Assembly (NCBI RefSeq): GCF_006345805.1
Contig: NW_021832672.1
Location: 1-33,285, forward strand
DNA: 33,285 nucleotides
DNA from: Octopus sinensis
Lineage: Eukaryota
Reading direction: 5' to 3'
In this document: in pieces, positions 11,292-23,040 of the stretch
Layout: each line of letters opens with the position of its first letter
How positions within the stretch are numbered: position 1 is the stretch's first letter
The notes under the pieces: generated by a model
Told to the model about the DNA's origin: nothing
Databases searched by the model: none
What the model saw: only the letters and a program-made list of their open reading frames with translations
Position numbers and translations under genes: made by a program

Positions 11292-11713
11292 TACCAGAGT
11301 AAGCACATAAATATGAAACAATGTGGAAAGAACAGTACTCGACTGTTATATATGCATGTGTATATATATATATATATCTGTGTATGTAACATAGATTGAT
11401 AAGATAGATGAGATAGATGAGATAGGCAGATCTTCGTATAGAGATGCATTTGGGCGGCTGCATCATGCTGAACCTTATGCAAGTGATGCTTAGGTATTAG
11501 ATTGTGTGTGCATGCACGCACGCGAATATGGGTAGTCTTACTTTTTGTACGTATGTATGTATACGTGTGTATAACATATGTGTGTATGGTATATATATTA
11601 ATAATACAAATTAATATATGTTAATAAACATATAAACACCAGAGAAACGGCATTCCATCAACAGAACTTACTGAACACCCGTGGGAAATAAACCAACATC
11701 TTTTACAGCGTGT

Positions 11714-11748
<35 letters not shown>

Positions 11749-12402
11749 TAGGTGTGTAGTAGTGTGTGTGTGCTTTGAGACAAGCATTTCTGGCTAACAG
11801 GTAAATTTAAGCGACTTGGGCTGCTAATGGTGATAGCATCTTCTGTGCGGTCTCAACCGGACGGTGAAGTGTTGTCTGAAGCGATGTCTTCCTATCCCGG
11901 GGAGTCTGATACGAATTTTTAAAAAAAATGCAGATCGAAACCACGGATCGCTTTTCTTTGGGTTTATAATCTCCATTACAAAGCTGAGTTATAAGATGGA
12001 AAGATCAAGTGAACATAATTAAGGGGTCAATTGGGAAGCATTCAGTCTTATCGTTAAAGGTACGAAACTGAAAGGAGCATTTGGTCGATAACTGATGAAA
12101 GACTATGGACTTCCGGTCCGTCTCACGTTTGTTTTTTACATTCAGTATACGCTGTGTCATTTAAAAAAATTTTTTTTTTCCTTTATATATCTAATGCTTT
12201 TAGTTCAAGTTATATAAAAAAAGAAACCCGACATTGAACTGAAGAACTACTCAATGCTATTAGTAAAATGTACGTTAATTAAAGCTTTGCAAGAAGTGTT
12301 TATAGGGACTTCGAAGTTCTATCTGATAGCCTCCACCGAGCTTTACGTATGTATGTTGCATCTCTCTCCTCTCTCTTTCTCTGGTGTGTGTGTGTATATA
12401 TA

Positions 12403-12434
<32 letters not shown>

Positions 12435-12545
12435 GATATATATCTATCTATATACGTATATATATATATAACACACACACACACAATATATATATATATA
12501 TATATATATGGTGTGTGTGTGTGTGTGTGTGTGTGAGTGTGTATA

Positions 12546-12725
12546 TCTGTTTTACTTGATTGTCATTAAACTGCGGCCATACTGGAGCACCACCTTGAAA
12601 GGTTTTATCGAACAAATCGATCCCAATACTTTTTTCTGAGTCTGGGTCTGTTTTTGTCAAATCGGTAAGTTACGAGGGACGTAAACAAAATAACACCGGT
12701 TGTCAATTAGTGGGGAGAGAACAAA
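12546..12725 (-). mobile_element. Degenerate 3' half of the composite SINE
   Basis: ttttacttgattgtcattaaactgcggccatactggagcaccacctt..taagttacgagggacgtaaac is the reverse complement of ~5895-6050. Confidence 0.8.
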
Positions 12726-13347
12726 CACAAAGATACATACACACACGTATGTTTATGTGTGTGTGTGTGTACACGCACACACATGTATGTATAGGCATGT
12801 ATCCACTCGTATGTATATACAAATATATAACCAGGGCAGAGAGATGATGGAGTTGATGGTGTTCTACTTTCCCCAACCAAGGAGTTGATTGTTCGTATCT
12901 GTTCATCAGTACCGTGCTATGCCTCAGGTAAATTTATCTAATCAAGCCAGCTCAATTCAGCTACCTGTAAATAGGTTCTGCGTAAGGGAGCGGTGGTTCT
13001 TTGCAGCCGTTACCAGTTCAGTTGTAAATATGACAGAGCCAAAATCTCTGAGATGGAGAAACTATCTTTTATTAAATCACTCGCGAGATAAAGACAAAGA
13101 TTTTACTGATGCCACGTCTACTAATGACTTATGAGGCTTAACGGTTTTACTACACACACACAGACACAAACTCACCCCCACACACTTCTTAAATATGTAT
13201 ATATACATATATATGTCAAATATATATGTATACACAAACACATATATATATATTTATATGGTACAAAAATGTTACAAATGTGACTAACAGTTATTTGGAA
13301 ACCCTATATAAATGATAATCTAGTCTCCAGTATAGTACAGTATATAT

Positions 13348-13398
<51 letters not shown>

Positions 13399-13474
13399 GT
13401 GCGTGTGTGTGTGTATGGATATGTATGTACATACATTCATGCACACATACATACATAAATACATGGATACATAT

Positions 13475-13549
<75 letters not shown>

Positions 13550-13664
13550 CAAGCGAGATTGTGATAGGTGGATGTAGATAGAGATGTTGATTAGCAGCTA
13601 CTGATAAGGTTGAGTCTCTGCAGTATAGTTATTGGAATGAGGTGAGTGTAAACACGACTACCCT

Positions 13665-13710
<46 letters not shown>

Positions 13711-13777
13711 ATTCGTTAGCTACTGCACGCATTTTTTTTCTCTCCTTCTTTCTGTGTTTTTTTTTTCTCTCTGTGTA

Positions 13778-13814
13778 TCTTTCTGTTGAAGAGCGTAGGC
13801 TCGAACGTTAAAGA
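13778..13814 (+). ncRNA. Degenerate minimal hammerhead ribozyme motif
   Basis: UCUUU-CUGUUGA-A-GAGC(GUAG)GCUC-GAAC-GUU|AAAGA. Perfect 5-bp stem I and 4-bp stem II, but A6->U and one A missing from GAAAC. Confidence 0.5.
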
Positions 13815-13911
13815 CTTGTTTTATTTATATTTCCTGAGCGCCATACTAATACAATTGTTCGTTTGTTTTCCACCTGCCTTCGTCTTTTGTCTATTTTCAT
13901 AAAGCTTCCCG

Positions 13912-13964
<53 letters not shown>

Positions 13965-14309
13965 TATATGTATGTATTTATGTATATGTATTTATTTATG
14001 TGGCGAGTGGAGGATGGTGAGGAGTTTCTTTGTAAGATAGTGATCACAAAACTTAGACGCTTAGATTCGTTCCTTGCTGTTGGTACTTTCACTATAATTG
14101 CCGACGTCATGTTCGTATTCGTTCCTGCATTCTTCGGTGTAGTTGAGCAGTGGCATAGTATTCTCCCGGCGGTGCCGATGGAACGAGCTGTTGTTTTTGT
14201 ATGGTTTGCCACTTCTCAGAGAAAACTATTTACCTACCGCAGGTAAACTACTGCCTCGGGTGTACAACGGGAACATTATATGGTATAATCAACCTTACAA
14301 CACTAATGT

Positions 14310-14357
<48 letters not shown>

Positions 14358-16659
14358 ATCATCATGCTCGTCGTTATCTTAATCATCATTATCATCGTCA
14401 TCATCATCACCCTATTAATTTCGCTTTCCGTGCTGGCACGGGACGAGCAGGGTATAACGGTTGACCTCAGCGCGTAAACGTGGTTAGTGCTTACCTCGAA
14501 TGATCAGGAGCAACTCAACTCGTTTTAGTTTCATTTTGTTGTTTGGTTTCTGCGGTTCAATGTCTTCCTTAATAACAAGCCCTTGACATATTGTTCTGAG
14601 TGCCTTTTCCTTGTTGCACCAGCACTACAGATATAACCATGTCGTCAGCACGACTAAAAAACTGTCTCAGTCCCACTTTTCTGCTCACTCATTAGTCTCT
14701 TTACGAATGAGCGAGAGTGGTGCGAATGATTGTGATGAGAAAGATGAGTGGTAAATTCGAGGCAGTGCGACGTAACTGATGTTCCAGAGGAGTGATAGAG
14801 GTCAGTGTGATCTAGGAGAAAATGCTATAACAGGGGCCGAGGATGCGTGGTGGAAAAAGTGCAAGAGTATGCCGGAAGTCAGTGACATGGGGTGATGACA
14901 GACAGTGCAGGGAAGAATGGAGAAAGCAGAGGGAACTAGGCAGAATGTGATCCAATGTAATCTTCTTTACTAGACGGGGTTGAACTATATAAGAGGTGGC
15001 AGGGAGGCAGGGAAAGTGGAAAGTTGGTGGGTCCTGTACAAGTAAAGATCTCAAAGAAATGTTTGTGACAAGCTTAGGATGGATACAGTGGAAGCAATAT
15101 AAGGTAAAGAAGTTATTTGCTGCCATCCACAGTCTCACTAAAAGCATGGGACAGTCAGGATTGAGAATAGTAGGAAGTAATAGAGAGGTGAACTAGAGGC
15201 AACGGTAGAAGAATATTCTGGCGAACAGAACACGAACAAAAAAGGTACGGGTGGGAGAGTTCAATGTGTGTGTGACGAAACAGAATAGATCAGCTATTTA
15301 CTGCAGTAAATTTGAAAAATTTGAAACTAATTTAATTAAAGACACCAATAAATCTGTCCTCTATTTTTATGTCACAGTCCTCACCAAAAGAATCATTGAA
15401 CATCAGGGGGTGCCTACTAACAGCAACATAGACTGGGCATAAATACAGTGGCATTCCTGTGAATATCTGTGCCTCTCAGTCGCACACCTGCTTTTACTAC
15501 CTCATTTCTACAGCGTGACAGATTAGCGTCACAAATTGTTTACACCACAGGAATCTGTCGTTAGTAGTTTAGTATAAAAGATATAAATTTAAAACTCTAG
15601 CATATTTGCCTCATGTCATCCTCTCTTCATTGAAGCCTACTCCAGTAAACGTAGTAACATCTCATTTTAGATGTTAGAAACTTTCTGCATCCCTGTGCAA
15701 GCCAAAGTAATTAATGTTGCAGTCGGTTTGGTCTGCAGTTTTGGCTCTCAGCCATTCTTTCTACACTAATTCTTGCGAAATTACACCCAGTAAGCAAGTA
15801 CTCTATATCATCCAGCCATACTTCGGGGATAAAAATATTTCTGAAGCGATTTACTATTTTCAGTTTCATTTTCTCTTTGTAACACTTTGTTACGATTGTA
15901 CGATCCTCGATGAGGGTTGAGGTTGTCTTAGAATCTGGCTAAACGATAGAATTCTTGGTTTGTGTATAGTCTATAGTATCTAAATGTTTATTAATTGCGA
16001 TGTCTTTTGTGATTCACCTATTGTTTTGACCTTTATGCATTAAAATGCAAAATGGACATTATTTTTCTCAACATGTATTAACTAATTATATTTGCTGGCA
16101 GTTTTCTTAAACGTTTCTTTAGATTATTTCGTGAGAAAACATATCAATTTGTCTTTATAGCAATACCAGTCTGACAGTACGGGGAAGGGTTTGCTTTGAA
16201 GGCACGAGATTAGATTCCGTAATGTAGTATCGTAGCTACTGTATTTATGCCCAGTCTATGTTGCTGTTAGTAGGTACCATCTGATGTTCAATGATTCTTT
16301 TGGTGAGGGCTGTGACATTAAAAAAGAAGACAGATTTATTGGTGTCTTTAATAATATTAGTTTCAAATTTAAAAAATTTGTCCAGCATCATAACAAAGGC
16401 AGAAAAGTTGTATAGATACGAATTCTATTAACAAAGCAAGTTAGGGCTGGTGGAGGTCAGTGAGCTTCACAAATATTTTAGGCTGGCCTTTTATATATCA
16501 ATATATATCGGTTTGAGAATCACTGTAAAAAGGACTGCCACACAATTTATGAAGATGCCATAAACCATGTGTGCCATGTTCGAGTCGTTCTAAGAACTTG
16601 ACATTTGGTAGATGTAACAATAAAATAACTCGGCGTTCAATTCCATCCACAAGAATACA

Positions 16660-16830
16660 ACGTTACGTTCTGAGTTCAAATTCCGCCGAGGTCGACTTTG
16701 CCTTTCATCCTTTCGGGGTCGATAAATTAAGTACCAGTTTATTCACTGGGGTCGATCTAATCGACTTAATCCCTTTGTTTGTCCTTGTTTGTCCTCTCTA
16801 TGTTTAGCCCCTTGTGGGCAATAAAGAAGT
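16660..16830 (+). mobile_element. 5'-truncated Meta-like SINE with Tx1-like tail
   Basis: cgttacgttctgagttcaaattccgccgagg..gccccttgtgggcaataaagaa. Confidence 0.9.
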
Positions 16831-17373
16831 AAGAATACAACGAAGACTTGGAAAATAATACAGGAATCGTACCATATTCCTCCATACATATCTTTGGTTG
16901 GATTTGAACTCAGAAATTTTTATTGCTATCGTAGTACAAGAGTGTCTGCATGGATAAGTTCTTAACAGAGTGGAGATGTTCGCATCGTGATCTTTTATCC
17001 ATCAATACTTTCGTCACCCCTGCTGCCACCACTCACCTAACTTGATAAGAAACTCTTAAAACTTAGACGAAATGTTAGTAACATGGTTGAATGAATCTGG
17101 CAGTACAGAAGTTCACTCTTTTTGCGATCTAAAATTCATGCAAGGTATTGGGGTAAGTATTAGATCTTTTTAAATGGATGAAGGAAGTCTGGGTTTAGCA
17201 GCATCTCGGTAACTCTAGCGTCTGTGAACGGCCTGCACATTGAAAACATTAACAGAACAGGCCTCTCTCTCTAAAACAGCAAAAATATCTCAGTATTCAC
17301 AGCAAGAGATATAAGTTGAATAACATGTGGGTAGCATGTGGGTAACATGTGGTAGATTTTTGTTTTTAAACAG

Positions 17374-17512
17374 GGAGTCAGTGACACCTTTTCAAGGACC
17401 ACGGACCACACGTAACTCGACAGAAGAAACCAAAAAAATGGTTTTTTGCGAATGTGGATATTTTAACATGGGGGAGATTGTCTATAATTCATATGTAGAA
17501 CAGACTGGAATG
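17374..17512 (+). CDS. Candidate 139-nt exon (phase 2 to 0), ESVTPFQGPRTTRNSTEETKKMVFCECGYFNMGEIVYNSYVEQTGM; product unknown
   Basis: Strong acceptor atttttgtttttaaacag, strong donor ATG|gtaaga, and only one of three frames open. Confidence 0.45.
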
Positions 17513-17763
17513 GTAAGAGCAAGGTGGCGGTGGTGGCGGCGGTGGTGGCGGCGGTGGCGGTGTTTGTTGTAGAAATGTAAATAGATACAGAAATAGTTGT
17601 AACATATGTGCAGCGATGTTCATTATTATGCCCTTGGTATTTTCGTCCTATTTTACCGAATTTATCCCTGCTCTACACTTCAACCAGAAAAAAAGCTGAA
17701 ACGGAGACTAGTTATATATATATATATAGATTGATAGATACATAGATACATACACACACATAC

Positions 17764-17856
<93 letters not shown>

Positions 17857-18719
17857 GTAGTGTGTGTACTTCGGTTTATCAAGAACAGATAGCACCAATA
17901 TCTAATTGCTGTTAATTGTCACTAGCCAAGAACGGGTCTTATCTAGCTTTGCGCGTTCTCCCATCAGTTCCAAGAAACGAGAGGAAAAAACAACTTTACG
18001 TAGATATATAAAACTGATAAGGCTTTCGAATCCGACCTCAGCCATCAAGTTGAACATTCTTTACCATTATAAATATCTCTTGTGTTCTATCTTAGATCTG
18101 TTTTCGAAGACTCTCGACTGGAGACGCTGCAGACTTCCCGTGTAAACATAATTAAAATCTGTAATGAGCCAAGGGAAATCACTGATTTGGTTGCAGACTT
18201 CCTTTGTTTACTCATCATATATACACTCCCTCTATACCCCACCCGAACCTTCCACAGGGCCAACGAAGGAGCCTCTAGGTCGGGCATAAGAAACCTTTTC
18301 CAAGGAGAGGGCCGCGTGAGACATGGCCCATCCTCAGGTGGGTTACATTACTGAAAAACTCAAGGAAAATTTTCGTTAGGTGTGCCACCTAACGAAAGTC
18401 CCGCGGGTTGTGGGGTGGGGGTACAGTTTGCTCACCCACCCGCCCGCCCATTCACCTGTCAGCAATAAGCAATCACTATCTTCACTTTTTCCCCCGACCG
18501 TTTTTACGACAGTTCCTGCATTTGTGGATTGCTTACCTCCCCACCCGCTCCATCCAATTTCTCAGACCTCAATCCATCCCACCCACCCTTTTATTATTCT
18601 ACCACAACTCTTAATATTTCACTCAACAATCCCACCAGATTTTCTTACCCGGAATATTAAAAAATGTCAGGAATAATTGTCCTCAATACAGTTCTATATT
18701 TAAGAGATGGGAAATTATT

Positions 18720-19030
18720 TACATTATTTACATTACTTACATTTGACCTCATCTTGTTTGTTGTTAACACAACGTTTCGGCTGATATACCCTCCAGCTTT
18801 CATAAGGTGTCTTGGGGAAATTTCGAACCTGGGTTCTCATTCCTAAGGTATATGCGATGTTATTATTATCATCATCATCATCATTGAGGTCACTGCTTGG
18901 AATCGAACTCAGAATCTTGAGGTTAGTGGCCCGCGCTCTTAATCACTACGCCATATGTCCGTGGGCATATGACGTAGTGTGTTAACAACAAACAAGATGA
19001 GGACAAATATCCGTCAAATGTAAATAATGT
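18720..19030 (-). mobile_element. Non-autonomous element: tRNA-like Pol III head, hammerhead-bearing 3' part and inverted terminal duplication (Penelope-like)
   Basis: Head on the minus strand: ggcgtagtgattaagagcgcgggccactaacctcaagattctgagttcgattcc (~18952 to 18899). Hammerhead at 18766-18811. cctcatcttgtttgttgttaacac (18747-18770) is perfectly inverted at 18979-19002. Confidence 0.7.
18766..18811 (-). ncRNA. Minimal type I hammerhead motif, probably inactive in this copy
   Basis: GACAC-CUUAUGA-AA-GCUG(GAGGGUAUAU)CAGC-C-GAAAC-GUU|GUGUU. 5-bp stem I, 4-bp stem II, ACGU stem III; core G5->U at 18804. Confidence 0.6.
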
Positions 19031-19444
19031 ATATCTGTCCTTGTTTCCATTATTTTCTTTTTATGCCAACCATAAAAAAAACTCGTTTTGGGTACGGCAG
19101 AAAAATCTCCCATATTTTAGATGACTATTAGTATGATACTAGTAAAGTTACACAGATAACAATGGTACCATCGTGTAGATCATATTTTACTGTTTGTTTT
19201 TTAAAATTCCTGTTATTGTTTGGATTGGTGTACACTGTGCGTTTGCTGTTAAAATATTTATCAAGAATGATGAATCAGAAGGGTTTTTTTGCCGCATCCT
19301 GTACATCTACAATATCGACATCTTTAGTGGGGAAGGACTTAGAAAATTTATAGTTACTGCTCCTCATCCTCCTCAGACAAGATATAAAACAGAAACAAAA
19401 ACACCAAGAATCTACACAAAAAAACCCTCAGTAGATAGTAAAAA

Positions 19445-19660
19445 TTGTCTCGAGCCCTAGGGCTCACAGGGATGCTTACTCGATTTCCATGGTGTATAAA
19501 TGACCAAGATCACAACATTCCCTCAGAACGGGGCACCAGTCCATCATAGGGTAACACATTTACAGCTGAGGGGATTGGGGCAACGTGAAACGAAAGGTTT
19601 TGCTCAAGAGCTCAACGCACTGCCTTGTCCGGGAATCGAAACTACGTCTCCACAACTAGG
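19445..19660 (-). mobile_element. Degenerate tRNA-derived SINE with V-domain-like segment
   Basis: On the minus strand: tttcgattcccgg (B box), ctcttgagcaaaacctttcgtttcacgttgccccaatcccctcagctg, accctatgatggactggtgcccc. Domain label is from recollection. Confidence 0.55.
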
Positions 19661-19931
19661 CCAGGCACCTTCACTACCTCAGTCAATGATGTCTTGATTA
19701 CTGTCTCTCTGTAATATTGTATGTAACGCTAATACAGCTGTTGTTGTTATTGTTATTATTATTAATCCATTTTGTGGATAAAAATAAATATTCTGAATCG
19801 TTAATATTTTGGCGACAAACCTAGTTTTCTGAATAGAAAACAAGCTTAACATTATCACCTTTCGATAAATATTTCCCTTCACTCATTCTCATTCTCTCTT
19901 TCTCTCTGTCAGTCTGTCTGTCCCTCTCTCT

Positions 19932-19932
<1 letters not shown>

Positions 19933-20016
<84 letters not shown>

Positions 20017-20258
20017 CATCTATCTATCTATCTATCTATCCATCTATCTATCCATCCATCCATCCATCTATCTATCTATCTATGTATCTATCTATCTATC
20101 TATCTATCTGTCTATCTGTCTATCTGTCTGCCTGTCCGCCCGTCTCTGTCTGTCTCTGTCTCCTCCTCTCTCTCTTTCACTCTCTCTATTTGTCTGTCTA
20201 TCTATCTGTTTGTCTATGTATGTATGTATCTGTCTGCCTGCCCGTCCGTCTGTCTCTG

Positions 20259-20309
<51 letters not shown>

Positions 20310-20310
20310 C
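19933..20310. repeat. (TATC)n/(TCCA)n/(TGTC)n/(TC)n compound microsatellite with no Tx1 insertion
   Basis: Direct reading. Confidence 0.95.
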
Positions 20311-20684
20311 AGTCTGTCTGCCGGTCTATCTGTCTCTGGGTCCTCTATATACCCGACCCATACGCCCTTACATTCTGTTCATGCACGTAATGTGATATTT
20401 GCTTTGGTTATTAAGCGAGATGGAAGTTAATTAGACATTTTCCCCCAAACAACGGACGACATAAGCCACTTCGCGAATGTAAACACACATTAATGTGAAA
20501 ATTGTTTTGGGTAAAACGAAAACCCGCCAATTTTATGATAGGTGTGGCTTGGGTTGCGAGACATTTAGTAGCTGTTACATTAGCTCATCTTATCTCTAAG
20601 GTTCCTACTCTTTATCTGCATCAGTTTGCGAAAAACCAAAAACAAACAAAAATACCGACCTTCTGCATCTGCAGAGATGGCTAC

Positions 20685-20940
20685 GTTGCAAGTGTTATTA
20701 ATAAGTCGTATTGCATTCTTAACGTCTTGCACGGCGGTAGTTGTGCCTGTACAGATGTAGTCATGTTTGCACGTCTCTTGTTATGTTTATACAGCAAGTG
20801 TTAATAGCCAACACAAGTTCTGTTTGCACGGCAGTATCTGTGTCTCTACAGCTGTAGTTTTGCTTGCACATCCGTAGTTATGTCTACACGGCAAGTGTTA
20901 ATAACCTGTACTAGATACATCTGCACAACAGCAGTTATGT
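20685..20940. repeat. Degenerate ~96-bp tandem repeat, about 2.5-3 units
   Basis: gcaagtgtta at ~20688, ~20795 and ~20891; ttgcacggc.gta..tgtg at ~20727 and ~20824. Confidence 0.65.
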
Positions 20941-21120
20941 CCGCCGAGCTTATGCTAGTAATAACTATTGATACAACATTGAACCAAAAAACAACCACAT
21001 TTTCATTTAAAAAGTGCATTTTAAGTAACGTATCCATTTTTAATACGTTCTGGCTGATTCGAAGAGGAATATACTGATCGCTATTGTTGTTTCGTCATCG
21101 GAGAATACCTCCTTTTAGAC

Positions 21121-21478
21121 CCGTGGTTCTCAACCATTTTTTGTCTACTGACCCCTTTGATTACTATTTTATTTATTTTGGTGGACCCCCCCATAGTAGT
21201 TCGATGTTTAAAAACTAGTTTTATAGAAACCTCTTCCAGAATACCTATTTTGTTATTCACACAATCCCTTGTTTAGATTAATTTATGTAAAATGTTAGAA
21301 AAAGAAATTTAACTCTTTCTTGCAATACATAACAATGCATACATCTAAAGCAATTTTTTTTCATTTACCCTTAAACTACTACTGTAGACCCAAATTACTA
21401 TTTTGCTACGTGCCCCCATCCCCCACAAATTCTATATGGATTCTCAGGGGCGATATGGACCACAGTTGAAAGCCACTA
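21121..21478. mobile_element. hAT (Charlie-like) MITE
   Basis: TIRs ccgtggttctcaacc and cagttgaaagccacta; 8-bp TSD ttttagac (21113-21120) / ctttagac (21479-21486). Confidence 0.8.
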
Positions 21479-22259
21479 CTTTAGACGATGCGTGTTAATA
21501 ACACACGTATTTATTTGACACAAAGGTACTTTCTGACATTGCTGTGTTTCGACCTTATGTTGTCTCCTCAGTCAAAGACCAAGGAATCTGACAAGAGTAT
21601 CAAGGTGAAACAATGCGGTGAGTCGAAGTTCTCTTAAACCGGCGACGTGTATTACGTGTATTACGAACACAAGTCGTCTGAAAAGAAGAGAGGTTCTCCG
21701 ATGACGGAAAACAACAATGATTTCACATTCATTTTCGAATCTGCCAAAACGTATTAATGTATTTGTTGTTATTTGGATTCTCAATACTTATCACGTGTTT
21801 TATTCGAGCCAAAAACATACCGGTTAATTAACTATGCATCTGTATTTGTATCATTATGCGTTGCTGTACATTTAAATACACTTTGGATAAACACACACTA
21901 CACCAGAAAGTAATAAAGACAAATATCTTATTAAAAGTTTCTCCGGACATTAAATCATGTTGCGTACGCGTCCTTACGTATCCGTGATGGGAAAGCGAAA
22001 TTTCAAGCAGGTGTTCATAAATTGCATTGTATTATTGTAAATTTCGTAGATTTCGTAAGAAGAGACCTAGGAAGGTATCGTTTTCTATAAACCAACGGAA
22101 TGAAATCAACCGGAGAAATTCAATTAGGTAACACCTTAATAGTTGCCAGAATTAGATATACGATATCTTAATGCCTAACCCTGTTGTGCTCAAGTATTTT
22201 AAGTTGTATAACTACTCACATATTCGTAAACTTTAATCAATTGATTATTCGGCAATCAG

Positions 22260-22718
22260 TTTTATTTTTTTATTTATTTATTTATCTAGTTTCAGCTCAC
22301 AAGCTGTGGCCATGCTGGGGCACCGCCATTTGGTGTTGCTACATGATTTTACTTCACGAATGCTTTTTAGCAATTGCCATTTGGTGCATGAGAGAGTTCG
22401 ATGCAGCTGCCCTCAGCTGCACCTCCTGCCGTGAAGTTGGTTCATCTGGGACACCTGACAAGAGGAGATCCAGTTTCATTTTAAAGACATCTGCATCCAC
22501 CCCATGCAGGTCTCTTAGGTTCTTCGGGAGGATATTGAAGAGCTGTGGGCCTCGGAAGCCCAGGCTATCACAGTATCTTGTCCTACATCTTGATGGCAAA
22601 TTTGGAGTCCTTGGCACTATGCAGTGGCGCCCAGTTCTGGCATTTGTGTAACTCTCGATGTCAAAGTTTGGGACAAGGCCTTCCAGGATCTTCCAGATGT
22701 ATATTATGGCATATCTTG
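22260..22718 (-). mobile_element. 3' fragment of a CR1/L2-group LINE (end of RT ORF plus 3' UTR)
   Basis: RYAIIYIWKILEGLVPN..GFRGPQLFNILPKNLRDLHGVDADVFKMKLDLLLSGVPDEP..RAAASNSL is a typical post-RT C-terminus. Short UTR ending in (TAAA)n. Exact clade uncertain. Confidence 0.75.
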
Positions 22719-23009
22719 TAGAGGAAGTTTTTAACATAGGAAGGCATATCCACCCCCACCTCCGTCCATGGTTTCCCACAAAGTTCAACCAACTTGCTCT
22801 ATTTTCTGTCATTCCTGAGGAAAGCATAATCCATGTTCGCTTCTCAAGAATTGTCAGCTGTAGCTTTACCTTAATCCTTTCCTTGCACCCCCCCTTCCAA
22901 GAACATGCGCATAAAGACAAGCATGTATCATGTTTGTGGTGTCTTCTTTTTCCTTTTTCTTTTTGGTCTGCAGAGAATGTCTCTAAATCTTGTTGATGAG
23001 AACACATGG

Positions 23010-23040
<31 letters not shown>

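Noticed and set aside
11780-11920. GC-richer island with short open frames on both strands
   Set aside because: Each frame hits a stop before a convincing donor, and no homology was recognised.
12092-12130. CUGAUGA followed by a good hairpin (AGAC..GGAC-UUCCG-GUCC-GUCU) and ACGUU
   Set aside because: The essential GAAA is absent and stem I does not form. At most a heavily decayed hammerhead.
14625-14660. ADDMVI resembling the RT YADD motif on the minus strand
   Set aside because: No flanking RT motifs in frame, and the region has competing exon-like readings.
14830-14935. RGR..EKV..REEWRK resembling an RTE ORF C-terminus
   Set aside because: Requires several frameshifts over a short stretch; too degenerate to support.
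18899-18955. tRNA gene (also the SINE heads at 1343, 5643 and 24666)
   Set aside because: A and B boxes are present but no complete cloverleaf or acceptor stem forms. These are tRNA-derived SINE heads.
21088-21101. CCGAUGACGAAAC hammerhead-like string (also near 21698)
   Set aside because: No stem II between the two core halves, and U4 is replaced.
22354-23007. 217-aa ORF as a host gene
   Set aside because: Only the last ~115 aa are LINE-derived. The upstream part is unrelated flanking sequence that happens to be in frame.
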